From NCBI RefSeq assembly GCF_019750675.1, contig NZ_JAIEOF010000174.1, positions 8,268 to 72,267 of the forward strand: 64,000 bases of DNA, written 5' to 3'. Origin of the DNA: Methylobacterium sp. GTDB lineage: Bacteria; Pseudomonadota; Alphaproteobacteria; Rhizobiales; Beijerinckiaceae. Shown here one piece after another: positions 28,689 to 38,081 of the stretch (positions within the stretch are counted from its first letter, which is position 1; each line of letters starts with the position of its first letter). Position numbers and translations under genes: made by a program. Under the pieces are notes generated by a model. The model ran no database searches and had not been told where the DNA came from. It worked only from the letters and a program-made list of their open reading frames with translations.

Positions 28689-29921
28689 GTGGATCAGGTC
28701 ACCCGTCCCATGAGAACCTCCCCTCGACCGCCCGGCGCCCGGGCGGTCCGTCCTCCGGTCCCTGCCGCATCCCTGCGCCCGCGCCTCATGGCCGGAGCGC
28801 TGGCGCTGGCCACCCTCTGGGCCGGCGGGGCGACCTACTACCTCGTCTTCCACGACGAGGTCCTGGCCCGCTTCGTCTCGCAGCAGAGCGCCCTGCAGTA
28901 CGGCTACGAGGAGCGCATCGGCGCCCTGCGCCTTCAGCTCGATCGGGCCGCCCTGGAACAGGCCTCGGTCCGCGAGCGCATCGCCCAACGCCTGGCGGAA
29001 CTCGGCCAGCGCCAGGCCGCCCTGGAAGCCCGGCAGGCGCAGCTCGCCGGCCTCGCGGGCGAGCCGGGCGCCGCTCCGCCGCTCACCTCGCCGGTTGCCT
29101 CGCCCGTCGCCGAGGAGGCCGCCATCGACGAGCCGGGGCCGCGCGGCGCGGGCGCAAAGCCCTTCCCGACCCCCGACACCCTGGAACTGCGCACCCGCGA
29201 CGACGCGAGCCCGGGCCGCCAGTCCACCCGCAGCGTCGAGACCCGCCTGGCCGTGCTGGAGAAGCGTCTCGACGGCCTCGCCCAGGCCCAGACCTACCTC
29301 CTCGACGGCATCGGCGTGAGCGCCGGGCGGGGCGCCCAGCGCCTGCGCGGCCTCGTCGCCCGCCTCGGCCTCGATCCGGCCCGCTTCGAGCGCGGCCGGG
29401 AGCCCGGCCTTGGCGGTCCCCTCGTCCCCCTGACCGGCGACGCCTTCGGCGCCGCGATGGCCCAGGCCCAGCGCAACCTCGCCGAGACGGCGCGCCTGCG
29501 CCGTATCGCGGCCGCCCTGCCGGTCCGCCGGCCGCTTTCCGGCGAGATCACCCTGTCCAGCACTTTCGGCGCCCGCCTCGATCCGTTCACCCGCGGCTAC
29601 GCCATGCACACGGGCATGGACATGCGGGCGGAGACCGGGGAGCCGGCCCGCGCCACGGCGGCCGGGCGCGTTACCCTGGCGGATTACAGCGGCGGCTACG
29701 GCAACATGGTGGAGGTCGATCACGGCCACGGCCTGATGACCCGCTACGCCCACCTCTCGGCCTTCGACGTCACGCCCGGCCAATGGGTCGAGCCCGGCAC
29801 CATCGTGGGCCGCGTCGGCTCGACCGGCCGTTCGACCGGCAGCCACCTGCACTACGAGACCCGGATCGACGGCGAGCCGGTGGACCCGCAGCGCTTCCTG
29901 CGGGTCGCCGACGCGCTTTGA
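28689..29921 (+). CDS. M23/LytM peptidoglycan endopeptidase (TM, coiled coil, catalytic domain)
   Basis: HTGMD (HxxxD), GYGNMVEVDHG, TRYAHLS, GRSTGSHLHYE. Confidence 0.93.
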   Translation: MDQVTRPMRTSPRPPGARAVRPPVPAASLRPRLMAGALALATLWAGGATYYLVFHDEVLARFVSQQSALQYGYEERIGALRLQLDRAALEQASVRERIAQRLAELGQRQAALEARQAQLAGLAGEPGAAPPLTSPVASPVAEEAAIDEPGPRGAGAKPFPTPDTLELRTRDDASPGRQSTRSVETRLAVLEKRLDGLAQAQTYLLDGIGVSAGRGAQRLRGLVARLGLDPARFERGREPGLGGPLVPLTGDAFGAAMAQAQRNLAETARLRRIAAALPVRRPLSGEITLSSTFGARLDPFTRGYAMHTGMDMRAETGEPARATAAGRVTLADYSGGYGNMVEVDHGHGLMTRYAHLSAFDVTPGQWVEPGTIVGRVGSTGRSTGSHLHYETRIDGEPVDPQRFLRVADAL

Positions 29922-29945
29922 TGGATCGGAGCGTCGGTTCCGCGT

Positions 29946-29975
29946 TCCCCTCTCCCCGCAAGCGGAGCGAGGGGA
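29946..29975. repeat. REP-like hairpin between the convergent M23 gene and prfB
   Basis: TCCCCTCTCCCCGC-aa-GCGGAGCGAGGGGA, imperfect. Confidence 0.65.
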
Positions 29976-30015
29976 TGTGCACCGCCCGATGCGCCGGTAT
30001 CGCCGACCCGCCGCC

Positions 30016-31144
30016 CTACTCGATGTCTTCCACCACGTCCGCCCCGCCATAGACGCGCTGGGCCAGGGAGGCTTCCATGAACGGGTCGAGGGAGCCGTCC
30101 AGGACCGCGTCCGGGTCCGTCGATTGCGTGCCCGTGCGCAGGTCCTTGACCAGCTGGTAGGGCTGGAGGACGTAGCTTCGGATCTGGTGCCCCCAGCCGA
30201 TATCGGTCTTGGCGGCGGCCTCGGCGCTGGCCTTCTCCTCCCGCTTCTTCAGCTCGGCCTCGTACATGCGGGCGCGCAGCATGTTCCAGGCGGTGGCCCG
30301 GTTCTTGTGCTGCGAGCGCTCCTGCTGGCACGCCACCACGATCCCGGTGGGGATGTGGGTGATGCGAACGGCCGAATCGGTGGTGTTCACGTGCTGGCCG
30401 CCCGCGCCCGACGACCGGTAGGTGTCGATGCGGCAATCGGATTCCTTGATCTCGATCTCGATCCGGTCGTCGATGACGGGATAGACCCAGACGGATGCGA
30501 AGCTGGTGTGGCGGCGCGCACTCGAATCGTAGGGCGAAATCCGCACCAGCCGGTGCACGCCCGACTCGGTTTTCAGCCAGCCATAGGCGTTGTGGCCCTT
30601 GATCAGGAGCGTGGCGCCCTTGATCCCGGCCTCGTCGCCGTCCGACCACTCGACGATCTCGACCTTGTACTTCCGGCGCTCGGCCCAGCGGCCGTACATG
30701 CGCTGGAGCATGTTGGCCCAGTCCTGGCTCTCGGTGCCGCCGGCGCCCGAGTGCACTTCGAGATAGGTGTCGAAGGCGTCGGCCTCGCCGGAGAGCAGGG
30801 TCTCGATCTGGCGGCGCGCGGCCTCCTTCTCGACGGCGCGGACGCCGGCCTCGCCTTCCTGAATGCTGGCCTCGTCGCCCTCCATCTCGCCGAGCTCGAT
30901 CAGCGTGTGGGCGTCCTCGAGGTCCTGGGAGAGCTTCTTGATCGCGTTGACGGCGTCATCGAGCTGGGTGCGCTCGCGCATGACCTTCTGGGCCGCCTCG
31001 GCGTCGTTCCAAAGCTCGGGGTTCTCGGAAGCCGCATTCAGCTCCGCGAGGCGTTTCTCGACGGTATCCCAGTCAAAGATGCCTCCTCAGCAGTCCGATC
31101 GACTGCTTGGCGGCATCCGAGAGTTGTTCGATCTCGGCGCGCAT
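30016..31144 (-). CDS. prfB: Peptide chain release factor 2, two frames joined by a programmed +1 frameshift
   Basis: ORF1 from ATG 31144 [23 protein letters not shown]-stop; +1 frame continues [13 protein letters not shown]...; [31 protein letters not shown] present. Confidence 0.97.
31072..31087 (-). promoter_or_regulatory. RF2 frameshift cassette AGGAGG-cat-CTT-TGA-C
   Basis: Internal Shine-Dalgarno at 31082-31087 and slippery CTTTGAC at 31072-31078. Confidence 0.95.
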
Positions 31145-31247
31145 CTGGTGTTTCGGGCTCGTGTTTTCGGGGTGTGGGACCGGGTGATACCGGGACGCCC
31201 CGGTGGTGTAAACGGCCTGAGGCCCCGCGCTCCGGATCGCTGACCCG

Positions 31248-31625
31248 ATGACACACGACCCGCGCGCCCGGCGCCGCCTCCTCGCCCTCACGCTCGGGGT
31301 GATCGCCGCGGGCCTGAGCTTGCGCCTCCTGCCCCTCGGCCTGCCTCAGGCCGTGACGAAGTGGGGCGGATCGGTGCTCTGGGGCGCGATGGTCTACGGT
31401 CTCGTCGGGCTGGTCCTGCCGCAGCCACGCCGGCGCATCGTCGCGCTGGCGGCGTCGCTCGCACTGGCGGTGGAGGCCTTCCGGCTGGTGCATACGCCCG
31501 GCCTCGACGCCTTCCGGCTGACGCTGGCCGGCAAACTCCTGATCGGCCGGGTGTTCTCGCTCCTCAACCTCGTCGCCTACGCGGGCGGCATTCTCGCCGC
31601 GCGCCTCGCCGACCGGCGGGGGTAG
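31248..31625 (+). CDS. DUF2809-family membrane protein
   Basis: KWGGSVLWGAMVY, LAVEAFRLVHTPGLDAFRLT...LIGRVFS. Confidence 0.8.
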   Translation: MTHDPRARRRLLALTLGVIAAGLSLRLLPLGLPQAVTKWGGSVLWGAMVYGLVGLVLPQPRRRIVALAASLALAVEAFRLVHTPGLDAFRLTLAGKLLIGRVFSLLNLVAYAGGILAARLADRRG

Positions 31626-31632
31626 ACGCAGC

Positions 31633-31956
31633 CTACGGAAGCGCGGGACGCACGAAGTCCGGAGGGCCGATCAGGGCCGGAGCCAGCACGAATTCGCGGC
31701 GGCGGTGGCGCTTGTTGAGCGGACCCTCGGTGACGCTGTCGCTGTAATAGTCCGTGCCCGTCAGGCCGAAGCCGCCGCCGTTCATCACGTGCGGGACCGG
31801 CACGGCGCGCGGATCGTCCGGCACGGGACGGCCCGAATTCGGGCTCGTCGGCAGCACCACGGGGCCGTTGGCGCCGAGAAACATCGTCTGGGCGCTGGCC
31901 GCGCAGGTCAGCCCGAGACCGATCAGGCCGGTGGCGAGGACGGTTCGCAAGGTCAT
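31633..31956 (-). CDS. Small exported hypothetical protein
   Basis: Signal peptide MTLRTVLATGLIGLGLTCAASA from ATG 31956; Pro-rich mature part. Confidence 0.6.
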   Translation of the reverse strand: MTLRTVLATGLIGLGLTCAASAQTMFLGANGPVVLPTSPNSGRPVPDDPRAVPVPHVMNGGGFGLTGTDYYSDSVTEGPLNKRHRRREFVLAPALIGPPDFVRPALP

Positions 31957-32097
31957 CAGCACGAAGGCACTCCGGCGGGCAGCCTGGATCGGTTGTAGCG
32001 CGCCCGGCCGCACTATGGCCGAACGCGGGGGGCTTGTCCGTGGCCGGGGCGCCGCAGGTTTGCGGCATCCACGCCTAATCGCGTCGGCGGCCGGGCG

Positions 32098-32313
32098 TTA
32101 TCCCTTTGCGCGCACGACCACCTGGGGCTCGCGCAGCAGGGGCTCGCACGTGGTTTGGAAGGCGTTGAGCACGGTCGGACGGGAATCGCAGGCATAGCCG
32201 ACGCCCGGGGCCGGTGCGGGCACCGGATCGCGGGCGACGATGGGCTTCGGGGCGCAGGCGCCGGCAGTCCCGGCCAGCGCCAGGGCGGCGGCGAGCGTCA
32301 AACCACGCATCAT
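32098..32313 (-). CDS. Small putative lipoprotein
   Basis: MMRGLTLAAALALAGTAGAC (lipobox-like), two further Cys, ends VVVRAKG. Alternative ATGs at 32310 and 32325. Confidence 0.65.
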   Translation of the reverse strand: MMRGLTLAAALALAGTAGACAPKPIVARDPVPAPAPGVGYACDSRPTVLNAFQTTCEPLLREPQVVVRAKG

Positions 32314-32502
32314 CGAACCACGCATACGATCCTCGGGCCTCAACCGCCGGCCACAGATGCGGCGCGGCCTCGTGCCGACCCTGCGGACCAAGCCGGCCCG
32401 TGACAAGCGCGACCGCTCAGGCCACGCCGCTTTGCGGGCGCCTGTCTCCCGGCCGCAACAACGGCCGGGTGGGGTTTCGGCTGGACGATATCGGCGCAGG
32501 GA

Positions 32503-33720
32503 TCAGCCGGCCTTGGAGAGCGGCACGACGTTGTGCAGCGTCTTGTCCGCCGAATCGAAGAAGCGCCGGATGTTGCGGGCCGCCTGACGGATGCGCTGCT
32601 CGTTCTCCACGAGCGCGATGCGGACGTAGTTGTCGCCGTGCTCGCCGAAGCCGATGCCGGGCGCCACCGCCACGTCCGACTTCTCGAGGAGCAGCTTCGA
32701 GAATTCGAGGCTGCCGAGTTCCGCGTATTTCTCCGGGATCGGCACCCAGGCGAACATCGATGCGGAGGGGGTCGGGATCTTCCAGCCGGTCTTGCCGAAG
32801 GATTCGATCAGCGCGTCGCGGCGCTTCTTGTAGATCCCGCGCATCTCTACGATGCAGTCCTCCGGCCCGTTCAGGGCGGCGGTAGCGGCGACCTGGATCG
32901 GCGTGAAGGCCCCGTAATCGAGGTAGGATTTCACGCGCGTCAGGGCCGCGAGCAGGCGCTCGTTGCCGACCGCGAAGCCCATGCGCCAGCCGGCCATGGA
33001 GAACGTCTTCGACAGGGACGAGAATTCCACCGTGCAGTCGATCGCGCCCGGCACCTCCAGCACGGAGGGCGGCGGCTCGCCGTCGAAGTAGACCTCCGCG
33101 TAGGCGAGATCCGACAGGATGATGATCTCGTGGCGCTTGGCGAAGGCGACGAGGTCCCGGTAGAAATCGAGGCTCGCCACGTAGGCGGTCGGGTTCGAGG
33201 GGTAGCAGACCACGATCGCGACGGGCTTGGGGATCGAGTGCTGCATCGCCCGTTCCACCGCCGGGAAGAAGGCGGGCGTCGGCTCGGCCGGCACGGAGCG
33301 GATGACGCCGCCGGCCATGAGGAAGCCGAAGGCATGGATCGGGTAGCTCGGGTTCGGAACCAGCACCACGTCGCCCGGCGCCGTGATCGCCTGGGCCATG
33401 TTGGCGAAGCCCTCCTTCGAGCCCAGCGTCGCCACCACCTGGGTGTCGGGATTCAGGCTGACGCCGAAGCGGCGCTTGTAGTAGCCGGCCTGGGCACGGC
33501 GCAGGCCCGCGATGCCCTTCGAGGCCGAGTAGCGGTCCGTGCGCGGGCGGCCGGCGGTCTCCACCAGCTTGGCGATGACGTGCTTCGGCGCGTCGAGGTC
33601 CGGGTTGCCCATGCCGAGGTCGATGATGTCGGCGCCGTTGGCGCGGGCCTGGGCCTTGATCCGGTTCACCTGCTCGAACACGTAGGGGGGCAGGCGCTTG
33701 ATGCGATGGAAGTCGGTCAT
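32503..33720 (-). CDS. alaC: PLP-dependent class I aminotransferase, AlaC/YfdZ type (often auto-annotated as LL-DAP aminotransferase)
   Basis: RIKRLPPYVF, IIDLGMGNPD, LGSKEG, PNPSYPIH, SDLAY, SLSKTFSMAGWRMG. Start moved to ATG 33720. Confidence 0.8.
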   Translation of the reverse strand: MTDFHRIKRLPPYVFEQVNRIKAQARANGADIIDLGMGNPDLDAPKHVIAKLVETAGRPRTDRYSASKGIAGLRRAQAGYYKRRFGVSLNPDTQVVATLGSKEGFANMAQAITAPGDVVLVPNPSYPIHAFGFLMAGGVIRSVPAEPTPAFFPAVERAMQHSIPKPVAIVVCYPSNPTAYVASLDFYRDLVAFAKRHEIIILSDLAYAEVYFDGEPPPSVLEVPGAIDCTVEFSSLSKTFSMAGWRMGFAVGNERLLAALTRVKSYLDYGAFTPIQVAATAALNGPEDCIVEMRGIYKKRRDALIESFGKTGWKIPTPSASMFAWVPIPEKYAELGSLEFSKLLLEKSDVAVAPGIGFGEHGDNYVRIALVENEQRIRQAARNIRRFFDSADKTLHNVVPLSKAG

Positions 33721-33963
33721 GGCCTTCACAATATCCGGGGGATAGGAATTTCGGTCCGAGAGCACGAGGTTGGGTGCGCGTGGCGTGCCTGATCGCGCGG
33801 AACTGTCATCGACCCGAGACGGAGACGTGGTCTAGACCGGATGTCCCTCGGGTGGCATCCGGCCGTCGCCGACGGACCCGCCCCGCGAGACCGTCGATGA
33901 ATTCGCACGTCGGCCCCATGTCTAGCAGTTTTGTGCCACGGCGCCGAACGATATCTGCGCGGC

Positions 33964-34302
33964 TCAGGGTTTGGGCAGCTGCCCGGTCTTGCCGGCGGCG
34001 CTCTCGGCGGATCGGCCCTTGGCCTCGTTGCGGCCGCGTGCGGCCATCAGCTCGTCCTCCAGGGCCTTGGTGCCCTCGGCGGACTTCGCCCGCACGGGCC
34101 GGGCCGGGGCGGAGACCCCCACGGGCATGAAGTCGTCGCCCCCGCGCCGGGACTTGGCCACGAAGTCGGGCGTCTTGGGCGGCGGCCCGGCCTCGCCGGT
34201 CCCGTACGCCATGCGCATGGGGTTGAGGTCGCCCGAACAGCCGCCGAGGAGCGCGACGGCGGCCAGGGCAGCGACAAACTGAGGGTTGTGAAGCCGGGAC
34301 AT
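33964..34302 (-). CDS. Putative lipoprotein
   Basis: AALAAVALLGGC lipobox; PPKTPDFVAKSR...DFMPVGV. Start ATG 34302. Confidence 0.75.
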   Translation of the reverse strand: MSRLHNPQFVAALAAVALLGGCSGDLNPMRMAYGTGEAGPPPKTPDFVAKSRRGGDDFMPVGVSAPARPVRAKSAEGTKALEDELMAARGRNEAKGRSAESAAGKTGQLPKP

Positions 34303-34445
34303 GGGGGTAGTCGGCCGATTCGAGGACGGGCGCTCTGGCGGAACTGCGCGATGGCGCGTTAATTTGTCGGAAACGAGGCTCCCAGAGCCGTGTGGCAGGC
34401 GTCGCGCGGCGAAAGGACTGAGCCGGAACGGGGAGAGATGCACGC

Positions 34446-36251
34446 GTGACGACCGAACGGACGACGCCGCTGCCCGATATCGAGGCTCTGTCCCGCAACG
34501 CGAGCCTGCTGGTCGAGGAATTCCAGCGCGCGGCTTCCCGCTACATGAAGCCCGTCGCGACCTCCGACGCGCTCGTGGTCCAGCCCGTCGAGCCGCCGGA
34601 GGAGGTCAAGGACGTGGTCCGCACCCTCGGCAGCGTGGCCGAGACCTGGCTCTCCGACCCGAAGAAGACCGTTGAGGCCCAGACCCGGCTGAGCGAGGCC
34701 TTCATCACCCTGTGGGGCTCGACCTGGCAGCGCCTGCAGGGCGAGAACGCCCCGCCCGTGGCCCAGCCCGAGCCGAAGGACAACCGCTTCGCCCACGCGG
34801 AATGGTCCACCAACCCGATCTTCGACTTCATCAAGCAGAGCTACCTCATCACCTCCCGCTGGGCCGAGACGATGGTCGACGAGGCCGAGGGCATCGACGA
34901 GCACACCCGCCACAAGGCGCAGTTCTACCTGCGCCAGATCTCCGGCGCGCTCTCGCCCTCGAACTTCGTGATGACCAACCCGGAACTCATTCGCCACACC
35001 CTGAAGGAGAACGGCGCCAACCTCGTGCGCGGCATGAAGATGCTCGCCGAGGACATCGAAGCCGGCCAGGGCCAGCTGCGCGTGCGCCAGACCGACCCGG
35101 GCGCCGGCTTCGAGGTCGGCGTCAACGTGGCGGTGACGCCGGGCCAGGTGGTGTTCCGCAACGACCTGATGGAGCTGATCCAGTACGCGCCGACCACCGA
35201 GACGGTGCTCAAGCGCCCGTTCCTCATCGTGCCGCCCTGGATCAACAAGTTCTACATCCTCGACCTGAACCCCGCCAAGAGCCTGATCGCCTGGATGGTC
35301 TCCCAGGGCCTGACGGTGTTCTGCATCTCCTGGGTCAATCCGGACGCGCGGCACGCCGACAAGGATTTCGAGAGCTACATGCGCGAGGGCATCGAGACCG
35401 CCATCGACGCCATCGGGGTGGCCACCGGCGAGAGCGAGGTCGCGGCGGCGGGCTACTGCGTGGGCGGCACCCTACTGGCCGTGACCCTGGCGATGCAGGC
35501 GGCCACCGGCAACAAGCGCATCAAGAGCGCCACTTTCCTGACCACGCAGGTGGACTTCACCCATGCGGGCGACCTGAAGGTGTTCGCCGATGAGGAGCAG
35601 ATCCGCCTGATCGAGTCGCGGATGCAGAAGCGCGGCTACCTCGAGGGCACCGGCATGGCCACCGCCTTCAACATGCTGCGTCCCAACGACCTGATCTGGT
35701 CCTACGTGGTCAACAACTACGTCAAGGGTCAGGCGCCTATGGCCTTCGACCTCCTGTACTGGAACGCCGATTCGACCCGGATGCCGGCGGCCAACCACTC
35801 GTTCTACCTGCGCAACTGCTACCTCGACAACACGCTCGCGCAGGGCAAGATGATTCTCGGGAACGTGCGCCTCGACCTGAAGAAGGTGAAGATCCCGATC
35901 TTCAACCTGGCCACGAAGGAAGACCACATCGCGCCCGCCCTGTCGGTGTTCGAGGGCTCCTCGAAGTTCGGCGGGCCGGTCGATTACGTGCTCGCGGGCT
36001 CCGGCCACATCGCCGGGGTCGTGAACCCGCCCGCCAAGCCGAAATACGGCTTCTGGACCGGCGGCCCGGCGACCGGCCGGTTCGAGGATTGGGTGGCGGC
36101 CGCCACCGAGCACAAGGGATCGTGGTGGCCCTACTGGTTCCAGTGGCTGGAGCATCAGGCGCCCGCCCGCGTGCCGGCGCGGGTCCCGGGCGACGGCGGC
36201 CTCGCCGCCATCTGCCCCGCCCCCGGCACCTACGTGCGCATGAAGGCGTGA
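34446..36251 (+). CDS. phaC: Class I poly(3-hydroxyalkanoate) synthase
   Basis: [23 protein letters not shown], lipase box GYCVGG, KEDHIAP, SGHIAGV, GSWWP. Confidence 0.97.
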   Translation: MTTERTTPLPDIEALSRNASLLVEEFQRAASRYMKPVATSDALVVQPVEPPEEVKDVVRTLGSVAETWLSDPKKTVEAQTRLSEAFITLWGSTWQRLQGENAPPVAQPEPKDNRFAHAEWSTNPIFDFIKQSYLITSRWAETMVDEAEGIDEHTRHKAQFYLRQISGALSPSNFVMTNPELIRHTLKENGANLVRGMKMLAEDIEAGQGQLRVRQTDPGAGFEVGVNVAVTPGQVVFRNDLMELIQYAPTTETVLKRPFLIVPPWINKFYILDLNPAKSLIAWMVSQGLTVFCISWVNPDARHADKDFESYMREGIETAIDAIGVATGESEVAAAGYCVGGTLLAVTLAMQAATGNKRIKSATFLTTQVDFTHAGDLKVFADEEQIRLIESRMQKRGYLEGTGMATAFNMLRPNDLIWSYVVNNYVKGQAPMAFDLLYWNADSTRMPAANHSFYLRNCYLDNTLAQGKMILGNVRLDLKKVKIPIFNLATKEDHIAPALSVFEGSSKFGGPVDYVLAGSGHIAGVVNPPAKPKYGFWTGGPATGRFEDWVAAATEHKGSWWPYWFQWLEHQAPARVPARVPGDGGLAAICPAPGTYVRMKA

Positions 36252-36694
36252 GCGTCGGAGGCTGGACGCTCCGGCTTGAGTCGGACCCGGACCCGGCGAT
36301 CCGGGCCGAGATCCTGGCGCCCCTCGTGGCCCACAACGAGGCCCAGGTGCCCAACGGCGACTGGGGCCTGCTCGCCGTCACGGTCCGGGACGAGGGCGGC
36401 GCCGTCGTCGGCGGCCTCTGGGGCCGCACCGGCTACGGCATGCTGTTCGTCGAACTCCTCGCCCTCGGTCCCGCCCGGGGGCAGGGCCTCGGACGCCGGG
36501 TGATGGCGCTGGCCGAGGACGCGGCCCGGCGGCGCGGGCTCGCCGGCATCTGGCTCGATACCTGGACCTTCCAGGCGCCGGCGTTCTACGAGCGCCTGGG
36601 TTTCTCGGAATGCGGGCGGATCACGGATTACCCGCCCGGGCACGACCGCATCTTCTACGTGAAGCGTCTGACGGGACAGGGTCCGGGGGCGTGA
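36248..36694 (+). CDS. GNAT-family N-acetyltransferase
   Basis: [34 protein letters not shown]; GTGA overlap with the phaC stop. Confidence 0.9.
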   Translation: MSVGGWTLRLESDPDPAIRAEILAPLVAHNEAQVPNGDWGLLAVTVRDEGGAVVGGLWGRTGYGMLFVELLALGPARGQGLGRRVMALAEDAARRRGLAGIWLDTWTFQAPAFYERLGFSECGRITDYPPGHDRIFYVKRLTGQGPGA

Positions 36695-36818
36695 GACGAT
36701 CTCCGGCCGGTCGCATGGGCTCCCGCGAGCGTGCGGTTCGGGGCGTCGGGTCGTCCAAGCGTTTGCCCACCCGCCCCTCGGGCGTGATCTTGAGCCGGCA
36801 AAAACAGAAAGCGCCCGC

Positions 36819-38057
36819 ATGCCGCCCGCACCGGACCTGACATTGCCGCGCCCGTCCCTCGACCCTTCAAATCCTCCCGAGACCCGCCGCACGCTGATCG
36901 GCGTCGGCATCAATCACGCGCTGCACGACGGCTACACCGACCTGATCTACGTGCTGCTGCCGGTCTGGCAGGCGGAGTTCGGCCTCGGCTTCGCGGCGCT
37001 CGCCCTGCTGCGTAGCCTCTACAACGGGGCGCTCGCCGCCCTGCAGATGCCGGCGAGCCGCCTCGCGGAACGCCTCGGCGTGCGGACGGTGCTGATCCTC
37101 GGCACACTGCTCAGCGCCGCAGGGTACGCCCTGGCCGGCTTCTCGGGCTCGCTCCTCGGCCTCAGCGTCGCGCTCACCCTGGGGGGCACGGGGAGCAGCA
37201 CCCAGCATCCCCTCGCCTCGACCCTGATCGCCCGGGCCTATGGCCGCAACGCCCGCGGGCCCCTCGGGACCTACAACTTCACGGGCGACCTCGGCAAAGC
37301 GAGCGTGCCGCCCCTCGTCGGGCTCCTGCTGACGCTCACGGATTGGCGCACCGCCCTGTGGCTGATCGCGGCGCTCGGCGTCGCGGTCGCCGTGAGCCTG
37401 CCGTGGCTCCTGCGCCGCGATCCCGGCGCGCGCTTCGAAGCGGCGGCGCGGACCTCGCCCGCCGCGGCGGCCGGGGATTCGCCCGCGGAACCGGCGCGCG
37501 GATTTCCCCTGCTGGTGGCCATCGGCATCCTCGACAACGCCGCGCGCCCGGCCTTCCTGCTCTACCTGCCGTTCCTGCTCCAACAGAAGGGCGCGGCCCT
37601 GACGACCGTGGGCTTCGCGCTCTCGGCCGTCTTCGTCGGCGGAGCGCTGGGCAAGGCGGTCTGCGGACGGCTCGGCGAGCGCCTCGGCGTGACGCGCACG
37701 GTGGTGCTCACCGAGACCGGCACGGCGCTCGCGATTCTCGCCGTGATCCTGCTGCCGCTCGCCCCCGTCCTCGCCGTGCTGCCGGTGCTCGGCGTGATGC
37801 TGAACGGGACCTCGTCCGTCCTCTACGGCACGGTGCCGGAACTCGCGCCCGGTGGGCAGGTCCAGCGGGCCTTCGCGGTCTTCTACACCTGGACGCTGGG
37901 CGGTAGCGCGCTCGCGGCCCCGCTGCTCTACGGCCCCCTCGGGGATGCGGTGGGACCACGCGGCGCGATGCTGGCGGCGGCGGCAACCGCGCTCGCCGCC
38001 GTGCCCGTCATGCTCGTCCTGTCGACTCGCCTCGGGCCGGCCGCGCCGCGACCCTGA
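36819..38057 (+). CDS. MFS transporter (Fsr-like)
   Basis: NHALHDGY, LQMPASRLAERLG, HPLAS, GDLGK; about 12 hydrophobic segments. Confidence 0.88.
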   Translation: MPPAPDLTLPRPSLDPSNPPETRRTLIGVGINHALHDGYTDLIYVLLPVWQAEFGLGFAALALLRSLYNGALAALQMPASRLAERLGVRTVLILGTLLSAAGYALAGFSGSLLGLSVALTLGGTGSSTQHPLASTLIARAYGRNARGPLGTYNFTGDLGKASVPPLVGLLLTLTDWRTALWLIAALGVAVAVSLPWLLRRDPGARFEAAARTSPAAAAGDSPAEPARGFPLLVAIGILDNAARPAFLLYLPFLLQQKGAALTTVGFALSAVFVGGALGKAVCGRLGERLGVTRTVVLTETGTALAILAVILLPLAPVLAVLPVLGVMLNGTSSVLYGTVPELAPGGQVQRAFAVFYTWTLGGSALAAPLLYGPLGDAVGPRGAMLAAAATALAAVPVMLVLSTRLGPAAPRP

Positions 38058-38081
38058 GGGCGTGGAGGGCCCTGAGCATAC

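Noticed and set aside
19224-29975. CRISPR or insertion-sequence interpretation of the repeats
   Set aside because: No regular repeat-spacer array, no cas or transposase gene and no clear target-site duplication.
34438-34449. Mini-ORF ATG-CAC-GCG-TGA overlapping the phaC GTG start
   Set aside because: The GGAGAG SD abuts this ATG but is correctly spaced for the GTG, so it is probably incidental.
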